Source of the DNA: Tubiluchus corallicola
Lineage: Eukaryota > Animalia > Priapulida
Direction of reading: 5' to 3'
Length of the DNA: 64,000 nt
NCBI GenBank assembly: GCA_030141605.1
Contig: JAQGDQ010000010.1
Coordinates: 124,001 to 188,000, forward strand
A program made the translations under genes and the position numbers. The notes below the pieces were generated by a model. It made no database searches and was not told the DNA's origin. It saw only the letters and a list, made by a program, of their open reading frames with translations. Shown one piece after another: positions 53,297 to 64,000 of this stretch. Within the stretch, counting starts at the first letter, position 1, and every line of letters starts with the position of its first letter.

Positions 53297-54440
53297 TTAT
53301 TTAAACACCCAACTGTCAAACTGTGACAAGACGCACCAAACATAAGAGATTCACTGCGAAACGCATGGACTAAACAATTTGGCAGTGGCGTGAATAGAAC
53401 TCCTTCAAAACTCCTGCATGACCGAAATAAGTTTTAAGCATCATCATTGTTTTGCGTGCAGAGTTTCACAGTAAATCATCGATATGGAAATCACCCCGGC
53501 CATTTCCTCAATTTATTTCACGCGCAGTGTTAAATGTTTTATCGTCGTCATTGAAACTACCGCGTGAGCCGCTTTCATAATATTTGCGTGCAAATGATAA
53601 TAGCCTACCTATTAGTTTCTAATTACGATTTATCGCATTGGAGAGAAAGGGTGGCGATATTTAATAATAATTGTGCTCGTTAGTTATTCCATTTCAGTAA
53701 ATAGACGACGAATTACTTATCAACGAAGCTGCTCAAAGTGATACAGGAGGCGTTTCAACAGACGGTAAAGGACTCAATTCAATGCTGCTTTGTTGTGCGA
53801 ATATTGCAGGTTGAATTGCAGACGCTTGATAATAATTGCTAAATGAGTATAAGGCATCATCATTGTTGAAAATGTTGAAGAAAAAACAGATTAATATTCC
53901 ACTGTTTATTGTATTACTTACAGATGTATCCAAGCTAGCAAAGAGTAGAAAAAATATTTTCACATCTTTTGATTTCCTTTTGACCTCTATTCAGCCGGTA
54001 CCCCTTGAACTTTTGAAGCTGGAAGCAGCAAAAGTATTATGTTTGTGCATTTTTGACTGTTTTTTATAACGAAGGCGCATGCAACTTCTGATTTGTAACA
54101 AATAAAGTGAAGGTTCAAAAATCTGTGAGAAGTAATATTACGTTTTTGCTTATGGATTTTAACAGTTTCCATCAGTATTAGTTTTTGTTTCTGCCTCTCT
54201 TTATATCACGGAATTTTGAGACTTTAATTGGTAGTTAGGCCTACGCAGTCCTTAGGCTGAAATGTTACTGGCAAGTGAAACTAGTATTGATTTGATTGAG
54301 AATACATAAATAAGATTATTTTTCCCGCTTAAAATGTTGTGAATTAAAAACAGTAGTTAAATGATACAGTAACAACAACGAAAGATAATATAAGCACTCA
54401 TAATTTCTAATACGAAACATGTCTAATGTAAGTTTTGTCC

Positions 54441-54726
54441 ATTCGTGTCAAGAGAGATTGGTATAAGCTGCATTAAGGCATAGGTTCTTGGTTCGTATCC
54501 TAACGAACTCAGGATTTTTCGCACTTCCGTTTCGTAAATTATGTGCAATCTGTACTGTAAGTTAAAAGTTTCAAATAAGAAGTGTGTCTGCTGTAGGTTT
54601 TGTCACTGCGTATCATGAGAGATTGATGTAAGCCGCATTAAGGCGCAGATTCTTGGTTCGAATCATAACAAAGCCTGGATTTTTCGCTCTTCAGTTTTGC
54701 AAATTATGTGTGTCTGTACTGTAAGT
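54441..54726 (+). repeat. Tandem pair (~165 bp period) of a tRNA-like, B-box-containing unit
   Basis: GAGAGATTG.T.TAAGC.GCATTAAGGC..TTCTTGGTTCG.ATC..GGATTTTTCGC..AAATTATGTG..TCTGTACTGTAAGTT occurs twice. Confidence 0.75.
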
Positions 54727-54859
54727 TTGTGTCACGTATTTTAATTTACTTGTTGTTGAAGTAGGCATATTGTGCTTTTGTATTTACCCTGTGTATGCCA
54801 ATATGGAGATATTATATTAATCTGTTAGCTAACAATATGGTGCATGTTAAAGTAATCTC

Positions 54860-55700
54860 ACTAGAACTAAGCGTAAAAGCTGTTTTTCTAAACCACACGC
54901 GTAGATGACAGTATAATTGCTTGCTCTGCTCATATTATTCCACAGAGAATCACCATGATTATGTCACTCTCAATGACCTGCTACTTAGAGAAGGATTTTT
55001 ATCTAGAATTGGGTCGCGGTTGCGTGAATTGTTTTTTGCGCGACTGTGTGTTAATGGAAGCTATCTGTGAGCAGGATAAACACGATTCTTTAGCGGCAAT
55101 ATATTATAAATAGGTTATTGCTAGAATCTGAAATATGCCTAGGTAAAACAATGCATCGATGTGTTTACGCACAGTCAAAATAGGGGCTTCTAGTGGAGTA
55201 GCCGGAGACCTTGAGTGAGTTGTTCAAGGTTTAAGACTAATTATAGCCTGCAAGGACTTTGGCGTAATCTGAGTAACTTAGAGTATCAGGTGGGAGACAG
55301 ATTTTAGATGGTTAGTCAGTGACTTAAACTGGGTGGTTAATGGTCAAGGGTCATTTGCAACTTAAAATTGTAGAGACCTAACTTGGGTAATTTATAACGC
55401 CAGTGCTCCACACTTACCCTTTAGTACAGTGAAAAATACAACAGAAAAGTCTGGGTAGGCGGAGCTGTCTACACACAAAATATTGATTATTTCGCACCCA
55501 TGGTGGCTACATTGTCCCGCTAATTTCCGCAGAAATTCACTATCACATCGGAATATCCACAAATCGGCTGTTCTAGCATTTCTAACCCGGTATGAGCAGC
55601 GGTAGCGATGTGGGAGATCTTCGCATTTGCTAGAACGTCCCCAGCAGTTTTCGTTGTACATGTGCGCAGTTGGTAGGACGGTCGGCCCAACGAACGTTTG
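54860..55700 (-). mobile_element. Decayed Helitron Rep/Hel N-terminal coding remnant
   Basis: Minus-strand motifs in the expected order: LGRPSYQ-CAH, TAG..ANAKIS..LEMLEQPICGYS..NF.GN*R..ATMGAK, GLYNFKLQ..H..SL, KHIDALFYL.IF, LCGIIWQ..Y...LEKQLL; compare Helitron CxHC..CCxNGKV..NIRxYN..SxGA..GPYxFRIQGQxYHRIGSL..YDALQYPL..GRLFQQY. Confidence 0.55.
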
Positions 55701-56367
55701 CACGTTTTGGTTACTAGTTGCAACATTTGTCGAAAATCGCTGAAAAGAATTCTTGCTTGAGAATCATTAAATCATCAAGATTTAGTAGATCTTGTCGTAA
55801 GTAGTTGCCAGCTTCTTCCTGTTTAATAGTATATGTAAGAAACGTATACATAAATGACAAGTCATTTTCACTTGTCCATACAAGTCCCATTATCCCAGGT
55901 GTGGGCTGCAACTGCTGCGAGATATTGAAGAAAGAGGAAAACTCACAAGTTCACATTTATTGTAATAGCATTAATTATATTGTTGTACTAGTGAGAGAGC
56001 AATATTCACAAATTTCATGGAATCCACGGTGTAGCTGCTGCAACACCTTACGGAACCACTCGCTTTTTAATCGTTCTGCGTTAAATCTCAATGGAATGTG
56101 TTTACTCGACACCTCAGTTTGACGCTTCTTGCCTCACCTTACATGCCGGGTACCATGTGCCACGAGACGATGGTATATATAGTGTTACAGTACGCTGCGG
56201 CTCGGTACACGGAGATGCTGTGCACGGAGAAATCGAGCAAGCGCGAACATCTCACCTAGTGTTTCTTGTAGTTGATTTGAACCAGTTAATTGTGTGAATG
56301 CAACTTTATGCTATTCGGACAATCAATCATTGGACGTAAAACTGCAAACTTGTGCATTAAAATCAGC

Positions 56368-56712
56368 TTAAAGGAAAACAATGATTTTTCATATTCTACC
56401 CCATTTTGAAGTATGGTAAAAGTTAACATTTTAATACAATAATACTGCAAAAGCATTTCTGATAATTAAATAACAGATTAAAAACTTAATTAACGGCCGC
56501 CAAGCCCAATTATTGATGACATCACAAATGCATTAATGAATGGAGAAATGCATGTAACAGCGAAGAACTAGCCGCCTGAACGCGAAATTGCGTTCGTGTG
56601 GTAATAATTCATTCACGTAAGTCAGCCTTGAAAAAATAGCACCTTCCCTTTCAACATTTTAAAGCAGATTGTTTCGAGCTACAATTTAAAATTGGGTCCG
56701 GTTTTCCTTTAA
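56368..56712 (+). mobile_element. TTAA-flanked MITE (Kolobok-like), copy C, internally deleted
   Basis: TTAA-AGGAAAAC...GGGTCCGGTTTTCCT-TTAA; both termini intact. Confidence 0.85.
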
Positions 56713-58051
56713 GAACCCCAAAGTAGAAAAAACAAGAGGGAACGCAGAGAAAGGGAACAATCATTCGAGCCACCATTATGATGTTTGGACCTCAGTGGTT
56801 TAGGACCTCCGTGCTTGTTTAATTTTGCCCAAAAATTCTCTTTCACACAAAATATTTACTTCTTATCGTCTGCATAAATACGTTAAAACAAACAGTTTTT
56901 CATTGACTTTTAACTGAACGAACGAACGTTAAAAACCCAAGCGATGATGGAAACAAAACAACATGCACGTACAGAATCAGAAGATGTCCGTTGCTGCGTG
57001 CGTATCGGCAGAGCTAATAAACTAGGTCTTTAGTTAATGCGGCTTTAGTAAATGCTATGTTATAAGGGATGAGCAGAATTGTAGTGATCATTTTTTTCTT
57101 GCGCTAGAGTATGTCAAGGTCACATGACAAGTGAAATCATTGTGAACGAAATTGAATGATTGAAAATCGTTTCTCGGTAAATGGCCGTGTATTTTAATTG
57201 TACATAACTTGGGTATAGCATCACTTCTAAATGACTTCTAAATTTTAAGTGAACTTCATTTTAGTTTTATTCGGGAATTTCTAGCAGGTCTCTAGATTGA
57301 ATTAAGAGCCTTTGGTTTATTTTAGCAATTTGTAAACTTGTTTACAGTATAAATGTCTTGCAATGCTATAACACTAAATTGTATTTCTTCAGTCTTCATA
57401 ACATTGAAAAGAAGCATTTTTGAGACACAACACTAACAGTGCTTAGTACTTCTGTTTACAATAGTCGTTTTTACTTATTAAAGTAGATTAAGTTTTTTAA
57501 TTCTGGATACGTAACGAGGATTGATTAATCGCAATTCTGCAAAACTTAACCCTAATCACTCGATACTGAAGTAGCGAAGTTTAAATTTAGAAAAGAAAGT
57601 AGTTCAATATAATAATATTAACTGTATGTTTTTGTTTCATGTAGTTTTTTGCAATTGTTTTTTTACTCATAAAGTGGCACAGTTTGCCATTGCAGAGACG
57701 AATCTAGAGTGTTCATTTCTTCAGTGAGCATGTGGTCATCTAATCCAAGAAATTGCTTTCTTTATCAGATTTGCTTCGCGATTGAACGCCCTGTTAGCAT
57801 CCATTGCGAAAAGAGACGAAATGAGGAATGAGACTGTGAAAGTTTGTACCTCAGCAGAGGTTTGTATTTCAGAGATTTCAAACGCTGTAAGAAGAAAAGA
57901 ATGAATTTTTCTATCAATGAAGCCTCCGTGTTATCTTCACAAAAGCTTTTCTAACGTAAAATTAACACGAGGAACAACGCATCGTTCTCTTGCCCTTGTT
58001 ATCTTTGTTGTTATAATTTTTATGTGGAAATAAGCATGTTATATAAGTACA

Positions 58052-58294
58052 CCCGGTTGGCGTAGCTCAAAGGTAGCGAGATCGCTTTCCACCCGGAGGT
58101 AGTGAGTTCAAGTCCTGACCCAGTTATGCCAAATTCTTAAAAAACGATACCGCTGCTTCTTCGATTAAGCACGCGAGTTTATCGAAATAACATGTGGGTA
58201 ATAATAATCGGGACCACCTTGGAAATAAGGTTTGAGTTATGAGTTACTTCAAGTGTTATCCTTAGACCATGTCCTAAAAGCGAAATTATTATTA
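58052..58294 (+). mobile_element. tRNA-derived SINE with a Meta-like central domain
   Basis: GGCGTAGCTCAAAGGTAG A-box, GAGTTCAAGTCCT B-box, then AGTTATGCCAAATTCTTAAAAAACGATACCGCTGCTTC; short ATT tail; head shared with the SINE at 30625. Confidence 0.72.
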
Positions 58295-58347
58295 CATGTA
58301 TGTTTGATAATTAACATATTGCTTTGTGACACTAATTTGCTATTGTT

Positions 58348-58855
58348 CCTGGGCTGGTGCTAGGAAGTGCGGAGCCCAATTAAAAATTGTTAGTTGGTCC
58401 TCTATACCCCACAAATGCTGCAGAACAGTATAAATGATTTGGACATAGTCAGCAAACAACACAACTTTATATTCCAAGCTTTATGTTATATAATCTAACT
58501 AACAGTGGTCTTTCTGTGTTGAGAGTCTGAATATCGTCCACAAAATAGTCAAATGAAAATCCGATGACGATCTAACTAATGCATAAAAGGCTCGGCAATT
58601 ATTTTTTTCAAAAAGATAAGTAGCGATGATAAACTGAAATTATAAAATAAATAACCGAACGATCAGCAAAAACGTTGAAATATAGATATACGAGGACAGA
58701 CCGAATAGTTTCACTACCTTCACAGTACCAAGTAACTGGACACTCCCAGTTCATTAATTCATCGTAGCTTCTCCGCTCGAGCATGAGTGAGGGGCCCTTC
58801 TTGGCACTGGGCCCAATTTGAATAAATCTGTCTAATTGGCTTATATCCGTCCCTG
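58348..58855. mobile_element. Degenerate MITE ending TCCGTCCCTG
   Basis: Right end GGGCCCAATT..TTATATCCGTCCCTG; left end CTGGGCTGG..GGAGCCCAATT; TIR match is weak. Confidence 0.35.
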
Positions 58856-58864
58856 TTTGTTACC

Positions 58865-59424
58865 TTAAAACAAAACCGGACTCAATCTTAAAATATAGGT
58901 CAAAACAATCTACTCTTTAAAATACTGAAAGGAAACATACTACTTTCTTTCAAAAATGACTTAAATGAAAGAATTATTACCACACAAACACAGTTTCGTG
59001 CTCGCACCACTAGTTCTTCGTCGTTGCATGCATTTCGCCATTCGTTACTTAGGCGGGCACTAGCGCCTGCATTTCGGAAACGCATTGCACAAAAAAGGTG
59101 CTGCATCTCTCAGTTCAGATGTGTTGGTTTCTGACAAGGTAAATTTCGTCAGAGGTAAATTTGAAATTTGAATAGTACAACACACCGAATATCTTACTGT
59201 AGTACTGTACACATGCAACACGCTCGTGGAATATTCTTGCTGTTGAAAATTGTGTTAGTTTGTGATGTCAGCAACAGTTGGGCTCGCCCGCCTTTAATTA
59301 AGTTTTTATTTTTTTATTTAATTATCAGAAACGCTTTTACAGTATTAATTGTGTTAAAATGTATACTTTTTTATCGGACTTGAAAATTAGGTAGTATGTG
59401 AAAAATCATCCTGTCTTCCTTTAA
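58865..59424 (-). mobile_element. TTAA-flanked MITE (Kolobok-like), copy D, near full length, inverted
   Basis: TTAA..AAAACCGGACTCAAT...AAAAATCATCCTGTCTTCCT-TTAA is the reverse complement of copies A-C. Confidence 0.85.
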
Positions 59425-60252
59425 CTATCTACTTCTGCAGACCTATTGTACTACTGGCAATCTTACGCTATTGCTACTGCGGCAGTCATTTACATAATCA
59501 TTAAGCCAACATACAACTACATGTACCACTATCGTAAGGCCTAGATATCATTATCACTGCCAGAATTCAGTTAATCCTACCAATTTGCACTGTTTTTATA
59601 CTGCCCCTGTCACTACCAAAACTATTATTACCGCCGTTATACTACTCAAGCTGCCACTTCCGCCGTGTACTACTACCACCACATTTACGACTGCGTGTAG
59701 CTACTTCCATAGGCGTACTGGTGGAAGTTCCACAAGTGGTCACCATAAGCTGAAACAATGTTGTTTTTTCCCTGAAAATTTTCTAAGTTACCCTAGTTTG
59801 AGTGATTTCGAAATAAGTGCAAACAACGGACTACATAATTATATAGGGTATGGACTGACAAAAGTGTCAAAAAACAAAATATTTACACTTATGTTTATGC
59901 TTATTTGTATTTATACGTATTTTTGTTCAATATAACATACACAGAATGCCAAGAAACGACAGCTTTCTTATACGTAAAGGCAATCACAAGTAGATGTAAA
60001 CGTATTCTTTAATATTTTAATCATTATAATATTTTCTTCAGTGTGCTCTTGAAGTTCTTTTCACTCACTATAGTGCTGTTCTTTTCACTCACTATTATAA
60101 TGGGCATGTATTTAGAAAGTGTATAAGGGCTTATGAGGTTTAGTGAACTAAAATTGATAGCAGGCGCTGTTATTAACTTTAAAATTTTTAAAAGTTTAAA
60201 CAATTCGTCGTACTAAAAAGACTTTAACTGCAGCCAGTAAAAAGAGGTAATA

Positions 60253-60335
60253 ATGCGTGGGCAATGCCTATGGCTATTTCCTTGCTATATTTGCATCGTT
60301 CTACTAGGATGCTCAGTAAATGGTGACAAATTCTG
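60253..60335 (+). CDS. Candidate signal-peptide exon (MRGQCLWLFPCYICIVLLGCSVNG-DKF..., phase 2)
   Basis: Acceptor aactgcag ending at 60233 with TACTAA branch-like site upstream; A at -3 of the ATG; hydrophobic core followed by a V-N-G cleavage-like site; donor TG|GTAAAG. Confidence 0.3.
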
Positions 60336-60794
60336 GTAAAGTTCCAAATGGACTCGATAAACCATTTTTCAGTAAATTTTCAAGCTTGGTGCTCAGCTAG
60401 TGACGAAAGTGATACTGGGTAACTAATTTCCTTTATGGAGTGATATTGAATCTTCAACAACCGGGCATTGTTACTGTCACCTTCCATTAATCGCTTGCAT
60501 TAATCTAACAGCCTCCTCTACGCAAATCCATTAAGCAGAAAATTAGACTGAGCTAAATATTGTCGACTATTAGCAACAGAGTTCATCTGAGACGGAATAA
60601 CGTTATAAAATTTATGATAGATTTTGCTAGTGATTCTTATAAGGAGGATGAGGGAGGAAAGAAGGAAAGGGCTACATAAAACTAAAATAGTAATGTTTGT
60701 TAATAAACAAATATTAGACGGAGTGCGTATGTGTTATTGGTAATTAGAGGGCAGATGTCAAGAATTTGAAGACGAAGAATGCGACCTGATGTAA

Positions 60795-61027
60795 GCTGTT
60801 GTGTGGCCGAGTGGACCAGATTTCGGACTGCAACCACGCAATCTTGAGTTCGAGACTAGCGGCTACCAATGCCGCAGCATATACTCTGCATGTTATTCGT
60901 AATTTGTGTGTTGCGTTCTTATCTGTATGTTTGTAAGTGTAAGTCGCTAAATAATCGCTGTGCTAATGCTGTTTTTTAAACGAGCGACGGTAAGTAAATG
61001 TTGGGTTTGTTTGTTTGTTTGTGTTTG
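60795..61027 (+). mobile_element. tRNA(Cys)-like-headed SINE with (TTTG)n tail
   Basis: TGGCCGAGTGG A-box, GGACTGCAACC anticodon-like region, GAGTTCGAGACT B-box, (TTTG)n 3' end. Confidence 0.7.
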
Positions 61028-62039
61028 TAGGTATTACCCATGGCAGGATTCGTATAGGTTACTTAATATTAATAATAAAAATAACTAGCAAAGCTGCGCA
61101 AACCTGCAGTAGTATATATCACGCATGATCTGTATGAGTCAGTTATTGCATATTGTTCTTAAATATGGTATTAAAATTATCATTGGTCATTATCGTCCAA
61201 ATGACCGAAGTAACGTACTAAATAGACTGAAATCACATTGCTATAATCACATTCCCTTATCATTATTTTATAATTATCGTTTAAGTATCGTCATCATTGT
61301 TGTCTCTAGCACATCATCATCATCATCATCATCATTATTATTATTATCACTATCTCCACTGGTACCAGTAGCCGCTATGCTATTTCTTGTACATAGTGCT
61401 TGGCAGAATTTAGAAAAACTCTAGGGTTTGGGAGCAAACGAGTATATTCGTGAAGGGGTGGTTGGTAAGACGGGCGGTAAGAGGAATAAATTACAGTAGT
61501 TGTGGAATGGTACTGTGGCCGAAGTGCTCAGCTTTATACGATGGAACTTTAATGTGAGGAAACTGTAAATTTCATATAGGCTGCTCCTGCGAAATGTAGC
61601 GTCGTTTGGACTGTTTGCTGTATATATGTAGATAGACAGATAAAACCTTTATTTGCCAATTAAAAACTTACGTATACAAAGTAAAGATACAGTGCACATA
61701 AGAAATATATACTGCGTATCGGAAGCAACATAGCTGTCAATCATATGCAACGTGTGCGACTGACTGGCATTAGCGTCATCTAGAACTAATATTACGAAAA
61801 AAGGAACTACAGTCTTACAAAATTACTGGAAATTAACAAAAATGCATATTTTATTAACACATGTTATTAACAAAAAATTTACACATTTACAGAAATTAAG
61901 AGAATACTAAGGTGGTGAGTATGGGCAAAATTAGTCCCATATATGTATAATAATCGATATCATTCTATGTCATATATTGTCATATTCTGTAGCAAGATGA
62001 TGTCTATTTTAGGCATTTTGGGGAAGTTTAACGTATATG

Positions 62040-62490
62040 CAAGACTGGGTTACGCTATAGGCTAGTATAGATTGCAACCTAGGGCCCTCAAGCTTGGCAG
62101 CTTGGCAGCTTGGCGGGCTCATACTTTGCATTGCCGATTAATTCACATAACTTAAAATAAAATTTCAAGGTTAAAAAAGGCAGGTAGTTTGAAAATTCAA
62201 ATTTAAAGTGGGTCCTCGCATGAGAATAAAAGTTTCCTGTTTGAAGCCTTTTATTTCAGGCAAAGGGCCCTTGCTTAAGGCCCTTTGTTTAAGATAAGGC
62301 TTTAAGATAAGGGCCCCTCTTTGAAGCGCTATATTTGAAATATGGGACCACCAGCTATGTAAATGTTGCTAAAACATGTAAGTAAAAAATATTCGAGATG
62401 AGTACAAACAAATTAGAGATTGTCTGCGTCTGTGGGGACCCCATAATTTCATTAGCCTAGGGACCCCAAAAGGTCATAATCCTAGCCCTG
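62040..62490 (-). mobile_element. Second full-length copy of the CAGGG MITE family, inverted
   Basis: CAAGACTGGGTTAC...CCTAGGGCCCTCAAGCTT and ATAATTTCATTAGCCTAGGG..ATAATCCTAGCCCTG match the reverse complement of 38766-39171. Confidence 0.8.
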
Positions 62491-63280
62491 TATAATATGT
62501 AGTAGCGCTACATATAATACACTTCTCGGCAAAGGTGTCAAATTGCCTAGCCGAAATACAGGACTTCTTGAAATGGCGTGATTTTGTATATTCATGAAGT
62601 GTTTTCATGCATCAGCTGACAAGTTCACATGCTGCACTCACTATACGCCTGCATGCAAGTTGCTTGCGTCAAGAATTGGAGGCAAACAATATATCACAAA
62701 TACAAGACGAATGATCGATCAAGATAGCTCAAGCTTAGAATGTGTTTGAAATGAATGATTCAACGCCTGTAATTGTAATAATTGCATTTTAAACATCCCT
62801 AAATTAATGTATTTAGAGTGTAAATATATAACATTGTTCGAAAAGATCAAAGAAATGTACCGTATACATCAAAGTCACCTCATTGTGACTCAGCTGTAAA
62901 TGCAATATGAAAATATTTGTTTATGGGTCGTACATTAGGCTGGTCAGTCACAGGCGCTACAGGTCTTAGCAGATTTATAAGCCATTCAACCTGTATTAAA
63001 TTTTACGTTTTCTATCTAATATGCACCAGTCATAGGTTTCACGCGTGGCGCGTCATGTGTTAACGCGTCACGCTTCACTTTTCTCGTTTTGCGATTGAGA
63101 GCATGCTCTCAAAAGTGCCAGGCGTGAAACGCGAAACGAGAAAAAATGGACGAACTCAAAGCTAACTTAATATAGCCCTGGTCCAGGAATGGCCGCTAAT
63201 TTGGGATCCTACACACCCATATTACACACATAAAGGTCAACGAAATCAAACAAGGAAACTTAAGGGAAAGACTATGTCTT

Positions 63281-63446
<166 letters not shown>

Positions 63447-64000
63447 TATTTACTTATAAAGCTTTCTTTCCATAAATTTTTTTAAAGATTCTGTACAATT
63501 AAAGTCCAAATGTAAAGGTAAGGATGCGCCAGTCCATACAGATCTCTGTTACTTTTGTGAGTAATAAAATAGACTAAGTTTGCATAATGAACTTCTTGGT
63601 TTTTTGGTGTACTACGACTGTTAATACATAGATTGCAGAATGTCAACCAACTAACGGGGGCCACCTTACAATGGCAGTCAGAGTTTTATTTTGGTTCTAA
63701 TTGCTTTTCCATTCCTGGGGCCTGGATATTTACCACGTGAAGCATATACAGCGAAAGTATGTGTAGGAAAGTCTTGTACAAAACATGGCATCATGGATTG
63801 GTAGATTGACAAGAGGAAGAACTGTGCATGGGCCATTCCCTCGCTAACTTCATGGCAAGAGCAGCTAGGTAGAACTGAAACATTTTGTGTTGTGGTTTAT
63901 ATTCTGTCACAGTCAAGGTGTTATTTCATTTCGCGTCCAATCTTTTCGGGATTATCTTCGATGCGTCTGCTGTCAGCAACATTAACCACGTTAAAGCTTG

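Noticed and set aside
53700-54035. Exon-like open segments (DELLINEAAQSDTGGVSTD; DVSKLAKSRKNIF...EAAK), and a similar one at 57769-57859
   Set aside because: Splice sites are weak or not the first AG, and no family similarity was recognised; insufficient support.
55392-55911. EGF-like (C..CED..YRC) and insulin-like (IFDKCC) peptide patterns
   Set aside because: Cysteine spacing is incomplete, and the region fits a Helitron remnant in other frames.

Overview
AT-rich, intron-containing animal genomic DNA; the repeat types suggest an invertebrate, possibly an annelid or other lophotrochozoan. The only confidently identifiable gene is a complete 10-exon peroxisomal ABC half-transporter of the ABCD1/ABCD2 type (+ strand, CDS 2605-13453, 753 aa after manual splicing). 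The remaining ~50 kb is mostly repeats: TTAA-flanked and CAGGG-terminal MITEs, tRNA-derived SINEs, decayed LINE and Helitron fragments, local duplications, a 46-47 bp minisatellite containing an inverted copy of nearby DNA, and long microsatellites; a probable solo LTR lies in ABCD intron 8. Reading for splice signals gave several small spliced-gene candidates that the ORF track does not show: a 2-exon 50-aa microprotein (- strand, 34315-31855), a ~71-aa signal-peptide protein ending RPEL (- strand, 20312-17572), and two + strand first coding exons (40029 and 60253). These models and all repeat-family assignments were made by eye without database searches, and the gene candidates need RNA-seq support.
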